Origin: Nitrosopumilus sp.
Lineage (GTDB): Archaea; Thermoproteota; Nitrososphaeria; Nitrososphaerales; Nitrosopumilaceae
DNA: 64,000 bases
NCBI GenBank assembly: GCA_965223425.1
Contig: OZ245003.1
Coordinates: forward strand, 1,248,001-1,312,000
Reading direction: 5' to 3'
How positions within the stretch are numbered: position 1 is the first letter of the stretch; every line of letters starts with the position of its first letter. The position numbers and the translations under genes were made by a program. Shown one piece after another: positions 20,257-30,928 of the stretch. Under the pieces are notes generated by a model that ran no database searches, had not been told where the DNA came from, and was given only the letters and a program-made list of their open reading frames with translations.

Positions 20257-20676
20257 ATGCTAATCTCTATGAGCTGTCTTTTTTGCGATATTTTAAATGG
20301 AAACCAAAATGGGCATTTTCTATATGAAGATGATTCACATGTGGCCTTTTTAGATAAATATCCAATCGATGTTGGGCACAGTTTAGTAATTCCTAGAAAA
20401 CACCATGAAAAAATCACTGATATGCCTCCAGAAGATGTTGGAGGCATCTTTACAGTTATTCCAAAAATTGCAGCAGCAATTCTAAATGCAACAGGCGCTG
20501 ATGCATTTAGTATTGGTCAGAATAATGGAAGAGCAGCTAAACAAATCGTCCCGCATGTGCATATTCACATCATTCCAAGATACAACAGCAAAGGTACCGT
20601 GTGGACAAAGCGCCAAATCTCAAACGAAGGCGAACTTGCCGATCTTGCCAAAAAAATTCGCAGCTGTCTTACTTAG
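20257..20676 (+). CDS. HIT family hydrolase
   Basis: CLFCDI, GHSLVIPRKH, HVHIHIIPR histidine triad. Confidence 0.95.
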   Translation: MLISMSCLFCDILNGNQNGHFLYEDDSHVAFLDKYPIDVGHSLVIPRKHHEKITDMPPEDVGGIFTVIPKIAAAILNATGADAFSIGQNNGRAAKQIVPHVHIHIIPRYNSKGTVWTKRQISNEGELADLAKKIRSCLT

Positions 20677-21952
20677 CGTGACCGGGATTGTATCTTAGAA
20701 TCGCACCCATTTTTCCCAAACTTGTAAGCATGTTCCCATGTTCTGCACTTCCAGAAACCACTTCTAACTGGGAACCCGTTTTGGCTGCAAGCAATTCAAG
20801 ATAATCTACAATTTCCTGTTCGTTTGCCTCTACCTCCATTGCATTGCAGTTCGGGCATGGCTTGTTTGTATACTCTGTTTTTTTCGGAATTACTTGGGGC
20901 CGTTCCATGATTTCTTCTTGAGTGTGCTGGCATCTCTTGCATTTTCCTTCAACTCTGTGCAAATTTGTATTGTCTGCAATGATTAGCGTTTTAACAACAT
21001 TGTTTTTTAGATATTCAATAATTTCTTGTAATCCGTATGCGCCTTTTCCAGAGTGTGAGTTTATCTCTCTGAACAAATCCTCGACAAGTTTTTTTTCTTC
21101 TACCATTCTGAAACTAGATAAAAGATCTGCTGATTTTGAAAATGCCTCTCTGATTCCCTCTGCTCCCGAATACGAGGCATCGATTGTGTTTATTATCATG
21201 TCTTGTAATCTGTATTCTAAATAATTCCCGTTGATGAAATCTTCTTTTGTAGGCCCTGGTCCTGAGATTATCAGTCCTTTAATTGGATAAATGTCGATAA
21301 AGTACTCTCTTGTTGTTTCGGCAACTCGGTTAAAATAATATGTCAACTCCATCTCTCTGAGCTTTTGAAATCTTTTTGCAGATTGCCCCCCCTGCCTGTG
21401 TTTTCCAGCTACTCCCGAGCCTGTCTGGGACAGCACTTCGATTTTGTCCCCATGCAATAATCCCCAGCCGGCATCTTTTGCGTCAATTGCTAAAAACCCA
21501 ATCAGATTGTCGTCCTTTAGCATGTCCTTTAGAATGTCAACATGAAAATGATCATCACATCTGTACAGGTATTGGTTCAAGTCTTTTGGGGGGTCAATCT
21601 CCCAAACTTTTACAACCTCGCTTCCCAAAGGCCCCCCTTCTTCAGGGGGCAATGCTCCGCAAAACATTACCAGTCCTCTTTCTGGGGTTTTTTTGTATAG
21701 TTTTAGCCTCTGAACCACTTTTCCTAACGAATCAACTACATGCGTTCTGGTAAGATCTGATTTTATATTGTCTGCTGTTCCTTGCTCTTGTTGAAGCGCA
21801 TTGATAATTTCATGGAGTTGTTTTCCTTTTGGAATATACACAGTAATAAGCTCAGTTCCCCTGCCTGATTTTTGAGATAACTCCTCTAGAGTTTTTCTAA
21901 TCTTGTAAACTTTGACGGAATCCTGTTTTTCAACATCTATCTTCTTCCTCAT
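20669..21952 (-). CDS. prf1: Peptide chain release factor aRF1
   Basis: NIKS, YRCDDHF and GGQSAKRF motifs. Confidence 0.98.
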   Translation of the reverse strand: MRKKIDVEKQDSVKVYKIRKTLEELSQKSGRGTELITVYIPKGKQLHEIINALQQEQGTADNIKSDLTRTHVVDSLGKVVQRLKLYKKTPERGLVMFCGALPPEEGGPLGSEVVKVWEIDPPKDLNQYLYRCDDHFHVDILKDMLKDDNLIGFLAIDAKDAGWGLLHGDKIEVLSQTGSGVAGKHRQGGQSAKRFQKLREMELTYYFNRVAETTREYFIDIYPIKGLIISGPGPTKEDFINGNYLEYRLQDMIINTIDASYSGAEGIREAFSKSADLLSSFRMVEEKKLVEDLFREINSHSGKGAYGLQEIIEYLKNNVVKTLIIADNTNLHRVEGKCKRCQHTQEEIMERPQVIPKKTEYTNKPCPNCNAMEVEANEQEIVDYLELLAAKTGSQLEVVSGSAEHGNMLTSLGKMGAILRYNPGHAK

Positions 21953-22015
21953 TTGTGATCTCTCCTGATCATGCGAATATTAATTTTGATTGCTTTGGTT
22001 CTATTTTTCCTAAAA

Positions 22016-22660
22016 TTACAACTCATCAAATGCTTTTAGAAACACCTCTAGTGGTTGATTTCCCCTAATTTTGATAATTTTTTGATCATTAAAGACCAAA
22101 AATGACGGCGTTGCATCTATTCCCACTTCCTTTCCAAATTCATGAAGTGTGTTTACCCTGTTTTGATACTTGTGCTCATCCAAACAGGCATTAAATTTTG
22201 TCAGATCTAAATCTACGTTTACTGCAAACCTCTCTAATGACTCTCTTGTAATCCACCCTGTCCTTTCACCTCCCCAGTTTTTGTAAAGCTCATCATGGTA
22301 TTGCCAATATTCTCCTTGATCTTGTGCACAATAAGATGCCTCTGCTGCCAGTTTTGAATCCGGACCATTTAATGGAAAATCTTTGAAAACAAGTTTTACT
22401 TTCCCTGTTTTGATATAATCTTGGTTGATAACATCTAATGTGTCTTGATGAAATTTGTAACAAAACGTACATTGGTAATCCCCCCACTCTAAAATCGTAA
22501 TTTCTGCATCCGAATCGCCCAATATTGGTGAGCCATTGTCAATTAATTTTGAAACAGTTAACAATTTTGAATCATTCTCTGACTCGGGGTAAAATGCCAA
22601 AAACATTCCTGCGATAATTCCTATTGCCACAGGTATAACAAACAAGTATGCTCTTGTCAT
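22016..22660 (-). CDS. DsbA-family thioredoxin-fold protein
   Basis: EWGDYQCTFC, FKDFPL, GIDATPSF; start trimmed to MTRAYLF. Confidence 0.92.
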   Translation of the reverse strand: MTRAYLFVIPVAIGIIAGMFLAFYPESENDSKLLTVSKLIDNGSPILGDSDAEITILEWGDYQCTFCYKFHQDTLDVINQDYIKTGKVKLVFKDFPLNGPDSKLAAEASYCAQDQGEYWQYHDELYKNWGGERTGWITRESLERFAVNVDLDLTKFNACLDEHKYQNRVNTLHEFGKEVGIDATPSFLVFNDQKIIKIRGNQPLEVFLKAFDEL

Positions 22661-22780
22661 AAATTGGTGAAATTTGTTACGAGTATTAAATCTAGTATGT
22701 TGAGTAGAAACATGTTTGTGAACTATGATGAGAGGGTATTTTTGTATAAAACAATTACAGCTACCTAAGGAATTGGCCAA

Positions 22781-22872
22781 GATACAGCGTGTATCAACAA
22801 TTGGCCAAAGAATTAAAACCAACTGCAGCTCTTTTGAACATAGTTAAGATTGAGATACAACGTGTATCAATT
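22781..22872. repeat. Two palindromic GATACA-N3-TGTATC sites (third, degenerate copy at 24182-24204)
   Basis: 22781-22795 gatacaGCGtgtatc; 22854-22868 gatacaACGtgtatc; 22850-22872 matches 24182-24204 at 19/23 nt. Confidence 0.6.
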
Positions 22873-24102
22873 TTCATATGCATAACAATTCATCTCATCT
22901 ATTATGATACTCATGTCATCATGTATGATATTCATGTCCTTGATGAAAGAATTATGTATGTCAATTTGCTCGTTTAGTGATATTCGGATAACTTCTAATT
23001 CCTCATACAGTAGATTTAGAGCATTCCAGTACTGCGTACTTTGATTTGGAATATCATCATATTTTTCATATTCATCAACTAATTCATCATACTGTAATTG
23101 GACTGTCTGTATTTCTATATCACTGTGATCAGCAAAAATTTGTAACTCATCGTATTGTCTTTGTAACTCATCGTATTGTCTTTCTAATTCATCATACCCA
23201 ACAAACGATCCATCAAGTGAGGCAGGTACTATGTATTTCATAGATTCAAAATTATCTACGATTGGCGGGTTTGTCCCATACATTAAATGAGACTCGTCTA
23301 ATATGTGGTCAAAACCAAGAATATGCCCTATTTCATGTGAAACAGTATCCGAAATTCTATCTATGTTATACTGTACAAAATTATTTTTACAATCAAAAGC
23401 ACCCAACACAATAAAAATATCCCCCTTGCCATCAAAGCCATGAGTTTCTGCAAAGCCTACATAATCTCCGTCAAAATGGCTGCTATCTGCTATCACGTGC
23501 CAATGAATTAATAAATCTGCATTATTTTCAACTTGAATAAATTTTAAATCAGGATTAGACTCTTGCCATGCACTTATTCCTTTATACATTCCATGTTTGA
23601 CTATTTCTTGATTTGATACACTAGGTATCATATCATAAGAATATGTTATCTCTTGATTTGATACACTAGGTATCATATCATAAGAATATGTTATCTCTTG
23701 ATTTGATACACTAGGTATCATATCATAAGAATATGTTATCTCTTGATTTGATACACTAGGTATCATATCATAAGAATATGTTGTTTCTATTTCGTACTCC
23801 TCTGGTACGTATTTTTGTGATCCTGACTGTCTGACTGTTGTACTGTAAAAATTATCAGGCACTACAAAGCCTTCTGGTACGTATTTTTGTGATCCTGGCT
23901 GTTTGACATCATCTGAAAAAGATTGAACTTTCAGTATGCCATTATCAATTAACCATTCAATCACCATTCTGAAATCATCACTCCATAAACCAACAGTCGT
24001 CTTAACCCAATCTGGGATTAATTCATCTTGAGCGTTGACTGGAGTTACTACGATACTAGCCAAGAAGACTGCTAGAACAGAAAACAAGTAAACCAGATTC
24101 AA
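22867..24102 (-). CDS. Secreted matrixin (M10-like) zinc metalloprotease with internal repeats
   Basis: Signal peptide, IPDWVK..GLW thaumarchaeal surface domain, HEIGHILGFDH plus Met-turn LMY, C-terminal coiled coil. Confidence 0.9.
   Translation of the reverse strand: MNLVYLFSVLAVFLASIVVTPVNAQDELIPDWVKTTVGLWSDDFRMVIEWLIDNGILKVQSFSDDVKQPGSQKYVPEGFVVPDNFYSTTVRQSGSQKYVPEEYEIETTYSYDMIPSVSNQEITYSYDMIPSVSNQEITYSYDMIPSVSNQEITYSYDMIPSVSNQEIVKHGMYKGISAWQESNPDLKFIQVENNADLLIHWHVIADSSHFDGDYVGFAETHGFDGKGDIFIVLGAFDCKNNFVQYNIDRISDTVSHEIGHILGFDHILDESHLMYGTNPPIVDNFESMKYIVPASLDGSFVGYDELERQYDELQRQYDELQIFADHSDIEIQTVQLQYDELVDEYEKYDDIPNQSTQYWNALNLLYEELEVIRISLNEQIDIHNSFIKDMNIIHDDMSIIIDEMNCYAYEN
23606..23782. repeat. 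45-bp tandem repeat x4 (TYSYDMIPSVSNQEI)
   Basis: Identical unit tcttgatttgatacactaggtatcatatcataagaatatgttatc. Confidence 0.95.
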
Positions 24103-24277
24103 TAATCTTAGACTAGAACACTAGTGTATATACAATACCGTTAATTGATCTAGTGTAGGTCTACAGGCGCTATGGTCAACGTTGAGATACAGTGTGTGTT
24201 AATTCCCATGTGCAAGTCTACAGGAGCAGATCCAGTAGTAGTAGAGTCATGGAAGAAGAGGTTGGCGAATTAAAATA

Positions 24278-24709
24278 TCATTGTGCATGTATTTCTGTTC
24301 TATCTTTAATTCTGGTACGTACTATTTTGAGTTCATTTTTCAGCATTAGCTCTCTGTTGTACAATGATTCTATGCGTTGTCTAAGTAAGACTCTGTGTGT
24401 TCTCAGCGGTTGCGAGTCTGCAATTTTTTTACTCCTGTGACTAACTAATTTTTGCATAGAGTACACTATTGGACTGTTTAGGTTGATTTTGTATGTGGGG
24501 GATTTTCCAATGCTTCCTGACTGTTTAATCATATCATTGTGTTTTAGTTTAGAAACTTCTTTGAACGCAGTAGTTTTACTCATGCCAATTCCCTCAATTA
24601 ATTCAGGCACAGTAAAGTCATTTTTTGGGAATTGCATGAAAAATTCAATCATTCTCATACGTGGCGAGTCTCCATAAAGTGCAATGATTCCCGATTCTGC
24701 TTTGGACAC
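24278..24709 (-). CDS. Winged-helix transcriptional regulator
   Basis: YGDSPRMRMIEFF...FTVPELIEGIGMSKTTAF...IGKSPTYKIN. Confidence 0.8.
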   Translation of the reverse strand: MSKAESGIIALYGDSPRMRMIEFFMQFPKNDFTVPELIEGIGMSKTTAFKEVSKLKHNDMIKQSGSIGKSPTYKINLNSPIVYSMQKLVSHRSKKIADSQPLRTHRVLLRQRIESLYNRELMLKNELKIVRTRIKDRTEIHAQ

Positions 24710-24770
24710 ACTATATTTCCAAAGCCACGATACTTAAAGACTATCTAAGAATAGTATCATTTGAGTACTA

Positions 24771-25052
24771 TTGGTTAAAAGCACAATGACTGATACTGAA
24801 ATACAAGATACAGTTTTATTTTATTTGTGGCAAGAGGGTGCCTGGGGTGAGGCCTATACTAACTATGAAAAAATGCGAAGAAGACTGGGCATGGTAGTCA
24901 AAAACAATGGCAAAAATACAGACAAACAATTGAGAAAATTAGTCAGCGACAGGCTAGTTGAGAAAAAGAAACAGGGTCGTACTTATTCACTGAATCATCT
25001 TTATAGAAATACCATCGAGGAACGTCTTGTCAATGCAGATTTCCAAACTTAA
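24771..25052 (+). CDS. hypothetical winged-helix-like protein
   Basis: 93-aa basic ORF divergent from the regulator; LVEKKKQGRTYSLN wing-like. Confidence 0.6.
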   Translation: MVKSTMTDTEIQDTVLFYLWQEGAWGEAYTNYEKMRRRLGMVVKNNGKNTDKQLRKLVSDRLVEKKKQGRTYSLNHLYRNTIEERLVNADFQT

Positions 25053-25740
25053 TCAACACCATTTTGGGATGAGATGGTGGGTTTGTTTTTAATGTTCAGG
25101 ACAAATCATTTGCATTTTTAATATTTGATCTATGGAACATTCAGCGTATGCTTGATAATATTCTTGGGCTACAAAATGAATATCTAATTCTTCAATCACT
25201 TTGTTAACTTTTTCCTTCATATCCATTTTTAACTTTAGAACTGATATAGTTCTTTCAATAATAATTATATCTGAATTACGTTTGCTTCTAGTATCAATTG
25301 GATTTGTATACATACAACACAGAAGAAAACAAGATGTGATGCTCTGTTGTTATCCCGATGTCTAATTCCTTGACATAAAAAATCAAGAAATTAATATCCT
25401 GCCAGTTTAAGAGTAAACTACCTTTCATATCCCATATATGAATACAAAATCTCTCATGATCAGTTTTTTATGTGAGTTGTCAGATCGGTAAATCACTCAA
25501 ATGGCTACAATTGAACAAAACAGTAAGATCATCACAGTGATTTAACATGACATGCATGGAATTTTGCCTGTTTTGGATCTTGTTGAGAACAAATATCTGG
25601 AAAATGGTAAAATTATGTTACTAACAGATAGGGTCTATTTTTGTCAAGTACCCTCAATCTATAAATCGCGAGTCCATATTTGCTGAAAATTAATTATCAG
25701 ATGACATGTTGTCTAATCAACAGGATCCTGTAATTAAAAT

Positions 25741-27414
25741 ATGATGATGTCAAAGAAGATAAAGTTGAGAAAGACAAAAGCACTGCAAGTATCACTGAAT
25801 AAGGGCATGCAAACAATCCCTAAATCATACACTGGAATTTATTCGATGCACAAATACTGGTCTAAAAAACCCTTCAATATAGTTGACAAGTATATAGAAC
25901 AGTACACTGATGCAGGAGACATCGTTTTAGATACATTTTCAGGTTCTGGAATCAGCAACATAGAGGCAGTACTATTGGGCAGAAAAACTATCGGAATAGA
26001 CATTAATCCTATGTCCATTTTCATAATGCGGCAAACATTAGACAGAATAGAGCCTGAAAAAATAGAGAATGAGTTTTTAAAACTAAAGAAAAATATTCAG
26101 AAAAAAATTGATGTGTTATACAAGATCCAACGAGATGGGCTATCCTTTACTGGATCTCATTTCATCCATAAAAACGAAATACTAACTGAAATATGGTACA
26201 AGGACAAAAACGGCAAGAAAGTAATGGATGCTGCAAAACCAAGCGACCAAAGACTGTGCAGAACGTTCACATACAAAAACATCAAAAATAAATATCCTAA
26301 AAGAAAGCTAATCGCAAATTCGAGGATCAATGCAAAGGACGGCATGAGTGTACATGACTTGTTTACCCCTAGAAACACATTTGCCCTGTCGATTCTAATG
26401 CATGACATAAACAAGATTAGAAATCCAGAATTGAGGGATTTTTTTAAATTTTGTTTTACATCGTGTTTAGGTCAGGCAAGCAAGATGGTATTTGTTATCA
26501 ACAATCGTAAGAAAATGAAGAACAAGTACAACATGCCATCAAATAGAAAAGAAGTAGGCAGTTGGGTAATTGGCTACTGGATTCCAAAGGAGCATTTTGA
26601 GATAAACGCATGGAATTGTTTTGAAAGCAGATACAGCAAGATTCTCAAGGCCAAGACTCAATACAACGAATTAGATCATATAGTCAGCTATGCCAAGGAT
26701 TTTAGGGACTTAAAAAACAACAACGGTACTAGCAACAACATATTGTTGATTAACGATAGCTGTTATCGCGCACTGCAAAAAATACCCGATAATTCGATAG
26801 ACTATGTAATAACAGATCCGCCACATGGTGACAGACTGCCATACCTTGAGCTAAGCATGATGTGGAATGACTGGTTGGGATTTAGTGCAAACATGGATGA
26901 AGAACTAGTCATAAGCGATGCAAAAGCCCGGAACAAGACCGTATCTGAATACAGTAGTCTTCTCAGAAAAATACTCTATGAGATCAACCGAGTGTTAAGA
27001 CCCAACAAGCATTTTACATTAATGTTTAACAGCTACGATGATAGAACATGGAGAGATTTACAAGACATATTGTTTAATCTAGATTTTAGACTGACTAGTG
27101 TAGACACAATAGGCTATTCTGCATCATCTGTAGTACAGGATAGCAGAAATGGTGGATTAAAGACTGATTTTGCGCTTACCTTTAAAAAAATTAATGTTGC
27201 CAAGAAAACCAAACATACAATGAAGATGGCAGATAAAGAACTAATTGACAAGTTGATAGTAGACTATCTTAAGAAAAACGAGGATCATGCGATATATAAA
27301 ATACTAAACCATGTCATAACCTACATGATACAACATGCACTGATCTTTGACATATCTTCAATCATATCATCATTAACACTAAGTTACAATAATTGGTATC
27401 TAAAGGTACACTAG
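25741..27414 (+). CDS. Amino-type (m6A/m4C) DNA methyltransferase
   Basis: HKYWSKKP, VLDTFSGSG, GIDINP, catalytic TDPPH, RVLRP. Confidence 0.92.
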   Translation: MMMSKKIKLRKTKALQVSLNKGMQTIPKSYTGIYSMHKYWSKKPFNIVDKYIEQYTDAGDIVLDTFSGSGISNIEAVLLGRKTIGIDINPMSIFIMRQTLDRIEPEKIENEFLKLKKNIQKKIDVLYKIQRDGLSFTGSHFIHKNEILTEIWYKDKNGKKVMDAAKPSDQRLCRTFTYKNIKNKYPKRKLIANSRINAKDGMSVHDLFTPRNTFALSILMHDINKIRNPELRDFFKFCFTSCLGQASKMVFVINNRKKMKNKYNMPSNRKEVGSWVIGYWIPKEHFEINAWNCFESRYSKILKAKTQYNELDHIVSYAKDFRDLKNNNGTSNNILLINDSCYRALQKIPDNSIDYVITDPPHGDRLPYLELSMMWNDWLGFSANMDEELVISDAKARNKTVSEYSSLLRKILYEINRVLRPNKHFTLMFNSYDDRTWRDLQDILFNLDFRLTSVDTIGYSASSVVQDSRNGGLKTDFALTFKKINVAKKTKHTMKMADKELIDKLIVDYLKKNEDHAIYKILNHVITYMIQHALIFDISSIISSLTLSYNNWYLKVH

Positions 27415-27743
27415 CAGAATTTGATGGACTGTACAAAAAGGGTGATTTTACAACAATACTTGGCTTTGAAAACGGACTGAATTTTTTCAAGCTCCGATCA
27501 ATGTCAAGAAAAGACATACTTGAAAAATTCTGCAAAGAAAACAAGAAAGCTATTCCCAAAAAATCATTATTTGAGTTTGTTTTTAATGAGAATTTTGATG
27601 AATCCCTCTTTGATGTTTTTATTAAAAAGGAATACGATTCTGATGCGAATTCTAGGGCAGAACGAAAAACAAAGCTGTATCAAGAATTATACAAAATGGA
27701 CACGCTTGATTGGGGAGGACTGTACCAGAATGGTCTTGAAACT
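27393..27743 (+). pseudogene. Probable cognate restriction endonuclease, 3'-truncated at an IS5 end
   Basis: Overlaps the MTase stop; reads ...LYKMDTLDWGGLYQNGLE then runs into the TIR at 27744; function inferred mainly from context. Confidence 0.6.
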
Positions 27744-28020
27744 GGGGTTGTCGCCAAATTCGACCAAATGATCTAATTTTGTGATTTTTCACGCATATTG
27801 ATCAGGGAGGTGTGGGTTTCCCAATGATCTGTCATAAGAGACGTGATCAGTACTGGAAGTACTATCACGATGCCCACACCCGAGAACTGGATTTTCTCAC
27901 GTCCCATATAGTTTCTTTGATTGTGAAAAATCCGTGTCCCGTACATGCCAGAAGGTCTGGTGCGGGGCGCAAACCGGTACATGACAAAAACAAGCTTGCA
28001 TTTCTCTGCATACTCACGGT

Positions 28021-29461
28021 GTATGAGTTTAGGTAGCCACTAACACCTTTAACAGCTCATCCTGGATGTTCCTGCCCTGACTCTTCCATGTGTACATGCA
28101 GCTTGTCAATATGCTAAACATCCTCATTCCACGACTTGTGCGCAGTTGGCCTCTCACCTTGCGATGGAGTACGGGATCACGCAATGCACGTTCTGCCCTG
28201 TTGTTTGTCGGTTCCAAATCCGGATACTCCAAAAACGTAAACAGATTCAAGACAGCATTGTGCAGTTTGGTTCCAAATTTCTCATCTTTTTGCAGATACA
28301 TCTCACCGATTGCCGTGACTCGGCTTTCCAAGCGCTTGCGAATTTCTTTGACATCAGTTTTCACGCTTTTTGCATATTCAAACACGTCTAGCAGCTCAGC
28401 GTACAACGGTTCCAGGGATTTGTCCCTTGCCATGAATTTTGCCTCATAGAGTATGTGTGCCCAACAATGCTGCCGCTTCCCAAACTGTTTATACACCGCA
28501 TATCCATCAGAGGTTATTCTTGACCGTATGTTTGGAAAGTATATCTGCAGTACAACACCTGCACGTGATGGTGCCACAACAAAGCATGTCCTGTCTCTTG
28601 TGGATACGACCCACACGTACATCCTCTCCCCGTTCATTGGCATTACAGTCTCGTCAATGTTCTTTGGAACGTCGTTGTCCTGCACGCTTGCCTGTATCTC
28701 ACTGTACTGGGAATCCAGCTTGGAAGACGTTGCATCCAGTCCGTGCTGGATGGTTGCAGGACAAAACTGCGTACCGTATCTGGTGTTGATTATGTTTGTA
28801 ATTCCATCGATGCTCACCTTTGCGTTCCATAGAATTGCAATCTCTGAGAGCAGGTGCGGACCAAGCTCTGTATCTTTGATGGGTTTGGCATCTGTGACAT
28901 GACTGCAGTCACTGCAACGGGATCTAAAGTAGGTTTGATTTTCTGTGATGATCTGTGCCGGCTGCGAGTCAGTTACTAATTTTTGGCATATCTTTTCAAA
29001 TTTTAGGTTTGTAGAACCGCACTTGCACTTTGTGATCTTTTTTTCCACACTGCGATCTGCTTTTCTGCTGTGTGATGCGCCGACATGTCCCGGCTTCCGT
29101 CCGCGCTTTTGGCCTACTGCGGGGCCATCATCATTATTATTATTATTGTTGTTCTTTTTCCTCTCCCTTTGTTCCTTTTTTTGTCTCTTGTATTCCAGAG
29201 AGCGCATGGATGGCGGAGTATGCGGATTTTCATAATATGCCAGTCTTTTTCTCAAATCTGCAATTTCTAGATTCTGTTTGTCAATTGTCTGAACTAGTTC
29301 GTCGTTGCTCTTTTGTCTTTTTTTGTCGTTTGCAATCAGTCTTACTATTTCATCACGAAGAACCTTGACTTCAGAGTTCAATGAAGGAGGTCACGATTTG
29401 CGGATTTTAGATCTATTGATCAGAATAATTTGTCTATTTAATTAACCGCCTAAACTCATAC
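28021..29461 (-). mobile_element. IS66-family (single-ORF, ISBst12-like) element
   Basis: 13-bp TIR gtatgagtttagg / cctaaactcatac; 8-bp TSD ctcacggt (28013-28020, 29462-29469). Confidence 0.93.
28029..29381 (-). CDS. IS66-family transposase
   Basis: HTPPS, GRKPGH, IDET, SDGYAVY, QHCWAH, PTNNRAERALR. Confidence 0.95.
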   Translation of the reverse strand: MNSEVKVLRDEIVRLIANDKKRQKSNDELVQTIDKQNLEIADLRKRLAYYENPHTPPSMRSLEYKRQKKEQRERKKNNNNNNNDDGPAVGQKRGRKPGHVGASHSRKADRSVEKKITKCKCGSTNLKFEKICQKLVTDSQPAQIITENQTYFRSRCSDCSHVTDAKPIKDTELGPHLLSEIAILWNAKVSIDGITNIINTRYGTQFCPATIQHGLDATSSKLDSQYSEIQASVQDNDVPKNIDETVMPMNGERMYVWVVSTRDRTCFVVAPSRAGVVLQIYFPNIRSRITSDGYAVYKQFGKRQHCWAHILYEAKFMARDKSLEPLYAELLDVFEYAKSVKTDVKEIRKRLESRVTAIGEMYLQKDEKFGTKLHNAVLNLFTFLEYPDLEPTNNRAERALRDPVLHRKVRGQLRTSRGMRMFSILTSCMYTWKSQGRNIQDELLKVLVAT

Positions 29462-30264
29462 CTCACGGTGTGCCTTGACTTTACATTCAGGGACATGGAG
29501 AATCTTGCAGCTCTGCTGAGGATGCCGTGGAACGAACCCCTGCCGGATCACAGCACCATTGCCAGGTTCATGCAAAAGATTCCTGTTGCGTGGCTTGAGG
29601 ACACGGTTGCCGTCACGGCAGCATCGTGCCTTGCAGGATTTGACGTCTCTGATCTCACGCTGGCATCAGACAGCAGCGGCGTTGCCACTGACAGGTATGA
29701 AAGGGTGCAAAAAAAGGCCAGAAACAGGCACAACAGGAGGCAAAGCGTCAAAAAAAGTATCTGAAATGGCACGTGGCCTCGGTACTGGGCCTGCAGGTCA
29801 TACTCTCCTGCCGCATCACATCCAACAGGATGGCAGACACTACAGTCTTTGCCTCGCTGCTAAAGAAGATCAAAAAGACAGGCATTGCCTTTGCAGGCAG
29901 GTTCAACGCAGACAGGGGGTATGATTCTGATAGGAACTGCAGGCTTGTCTTTGGTGCCGGCATGACCCCGAACATAAAGCAGAGGGGCAATGCCGTGAAC
30001 AGAACAAAAAAGTTCAGGAAAAAGGCCGCAGGGCTGTTTGACGGGGAGATCTACAAAAAACGAGGCATGATAGAGGGAATATTTGGAGCAGAGGAGACAG
30101 AGGGCCACAGGTTGCTGTGCAGGTTCAGAAAGACATCCACAAGAAGGCGGTTTGGACTGTGCAAGACAATAGGATGGAACCTTGAGGTGCTAAACCGTCT
30201 AGAGTGCGCCGCAAGGCGAAATATTGTGGTGGTGGCAGCTTGATGTGAATTTGGCGACAACCCC

Positions 30265-30635
30265 ACGGAAAGCACTTTGTTACAATGCGCAACTTGCCTC
30301 CAGAAAAGAGATGGAAGCCCACTGACTTTGAGAACGAGCTGCTAGAGCAGGGCATCGGCCTGATAAACTCCAGGCCGTACCATCCTCAGACAAACGGCAA
30401 GCTGGAGAGGTTCTTCCAGGCGCTTGAGAAGGAGCTGGTTTACCGCAAGGGAGTGCAGGAGTATGTCGACTATTACAACGAGAGGCGGCTTCACTGGGCG
30501 TTGGATATTGACAACTATGAAAAGCCGCTTGAGGCGTTTCGCAACAAAACGGCTACCGAAGCGATCAGGAAAAGCAACCCAAAATGGATGGAAGAGGAGG
30601 CAGATGTTAGTGGAACCTAATTTTCATATAATACA
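30265..30635 (+). mobile_element. 3' fragment of an IS481-family element
   Basis: SRPYHPQTNGKLERFF, YYNERRLH; ends in ...ACA; 5' part missing at the IS5 TIR. Confidence 0.8.
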
Positions 30636-30673
30636 TAAATTCGTACAACATCCAAGAGCTTAAATATATTCAG

Positions 30674-30916
30674 ATGATGCTAATTTTCATGACTGAATCA
30701 AGACAGCTCAGTGTATCAAAAACCGGCATTTCTAAAACCGCATTATTGGCCTTAGCAATAGTTTTTGCAGCCGGATTATTTGTTGTAGCTTTTGACAATG
30801 GACACATTGTCAACATGGCATTTGGCGAGGATGGCATTAATCCCGGAATTGATCCTCTGGTAATCCATGAGTTTACTCATGACATGAGGCATGCTGCAGG
30901 ATTTCCTTGCCACTAG
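30674..30916 (+). CDS. cbtB: Cobalt transporter subunit CbtB
   Basis: One TM helix and C-terminal HEFTHDMRHAAGFPCH. Confidence 0.93.
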   Translation: MMLIFMTESRQLSVSKTGISKTALLALAIVFAAGLFVVAFDNGHIVNMAFGEDGINPGIDPLVIHEFTHDMRHAAGFPCH

Positions 30917-30928
30917 GAGTTTCGCACC

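Larger units (their letters stand above)
27744..30264 (+). mobile_element. IS5-family element interrupted by a nested IS66
   Basis: Perfect 18-bp TIR ggggttgtcgccaaattc (27744-27761 / 30247-30264); transposase pieces PDHSTI, ASDSSG, ADRGYDS, YKKRGMIEGIFG; frameshift at an A7 run near 29750; no TSD. Confidence 0.9.

Noticed and set aside
22661-22822. N-terminal extension of the DsbA ORF
   Set aside because: It covers promoter and palindrome DNA; the membrane anchor begins at MTRAYLF.
23606-23782. 45-bp repeats as a CRISPR array
   Set aside because: Units are contiguous with no spacers and are in frame within the protease gene.
29128-29155. (AAT)n microsatellite encoding poly-Asn in the IS66 transposase
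   Set aside because: In-frame low-complexity linker with no evidence of function.
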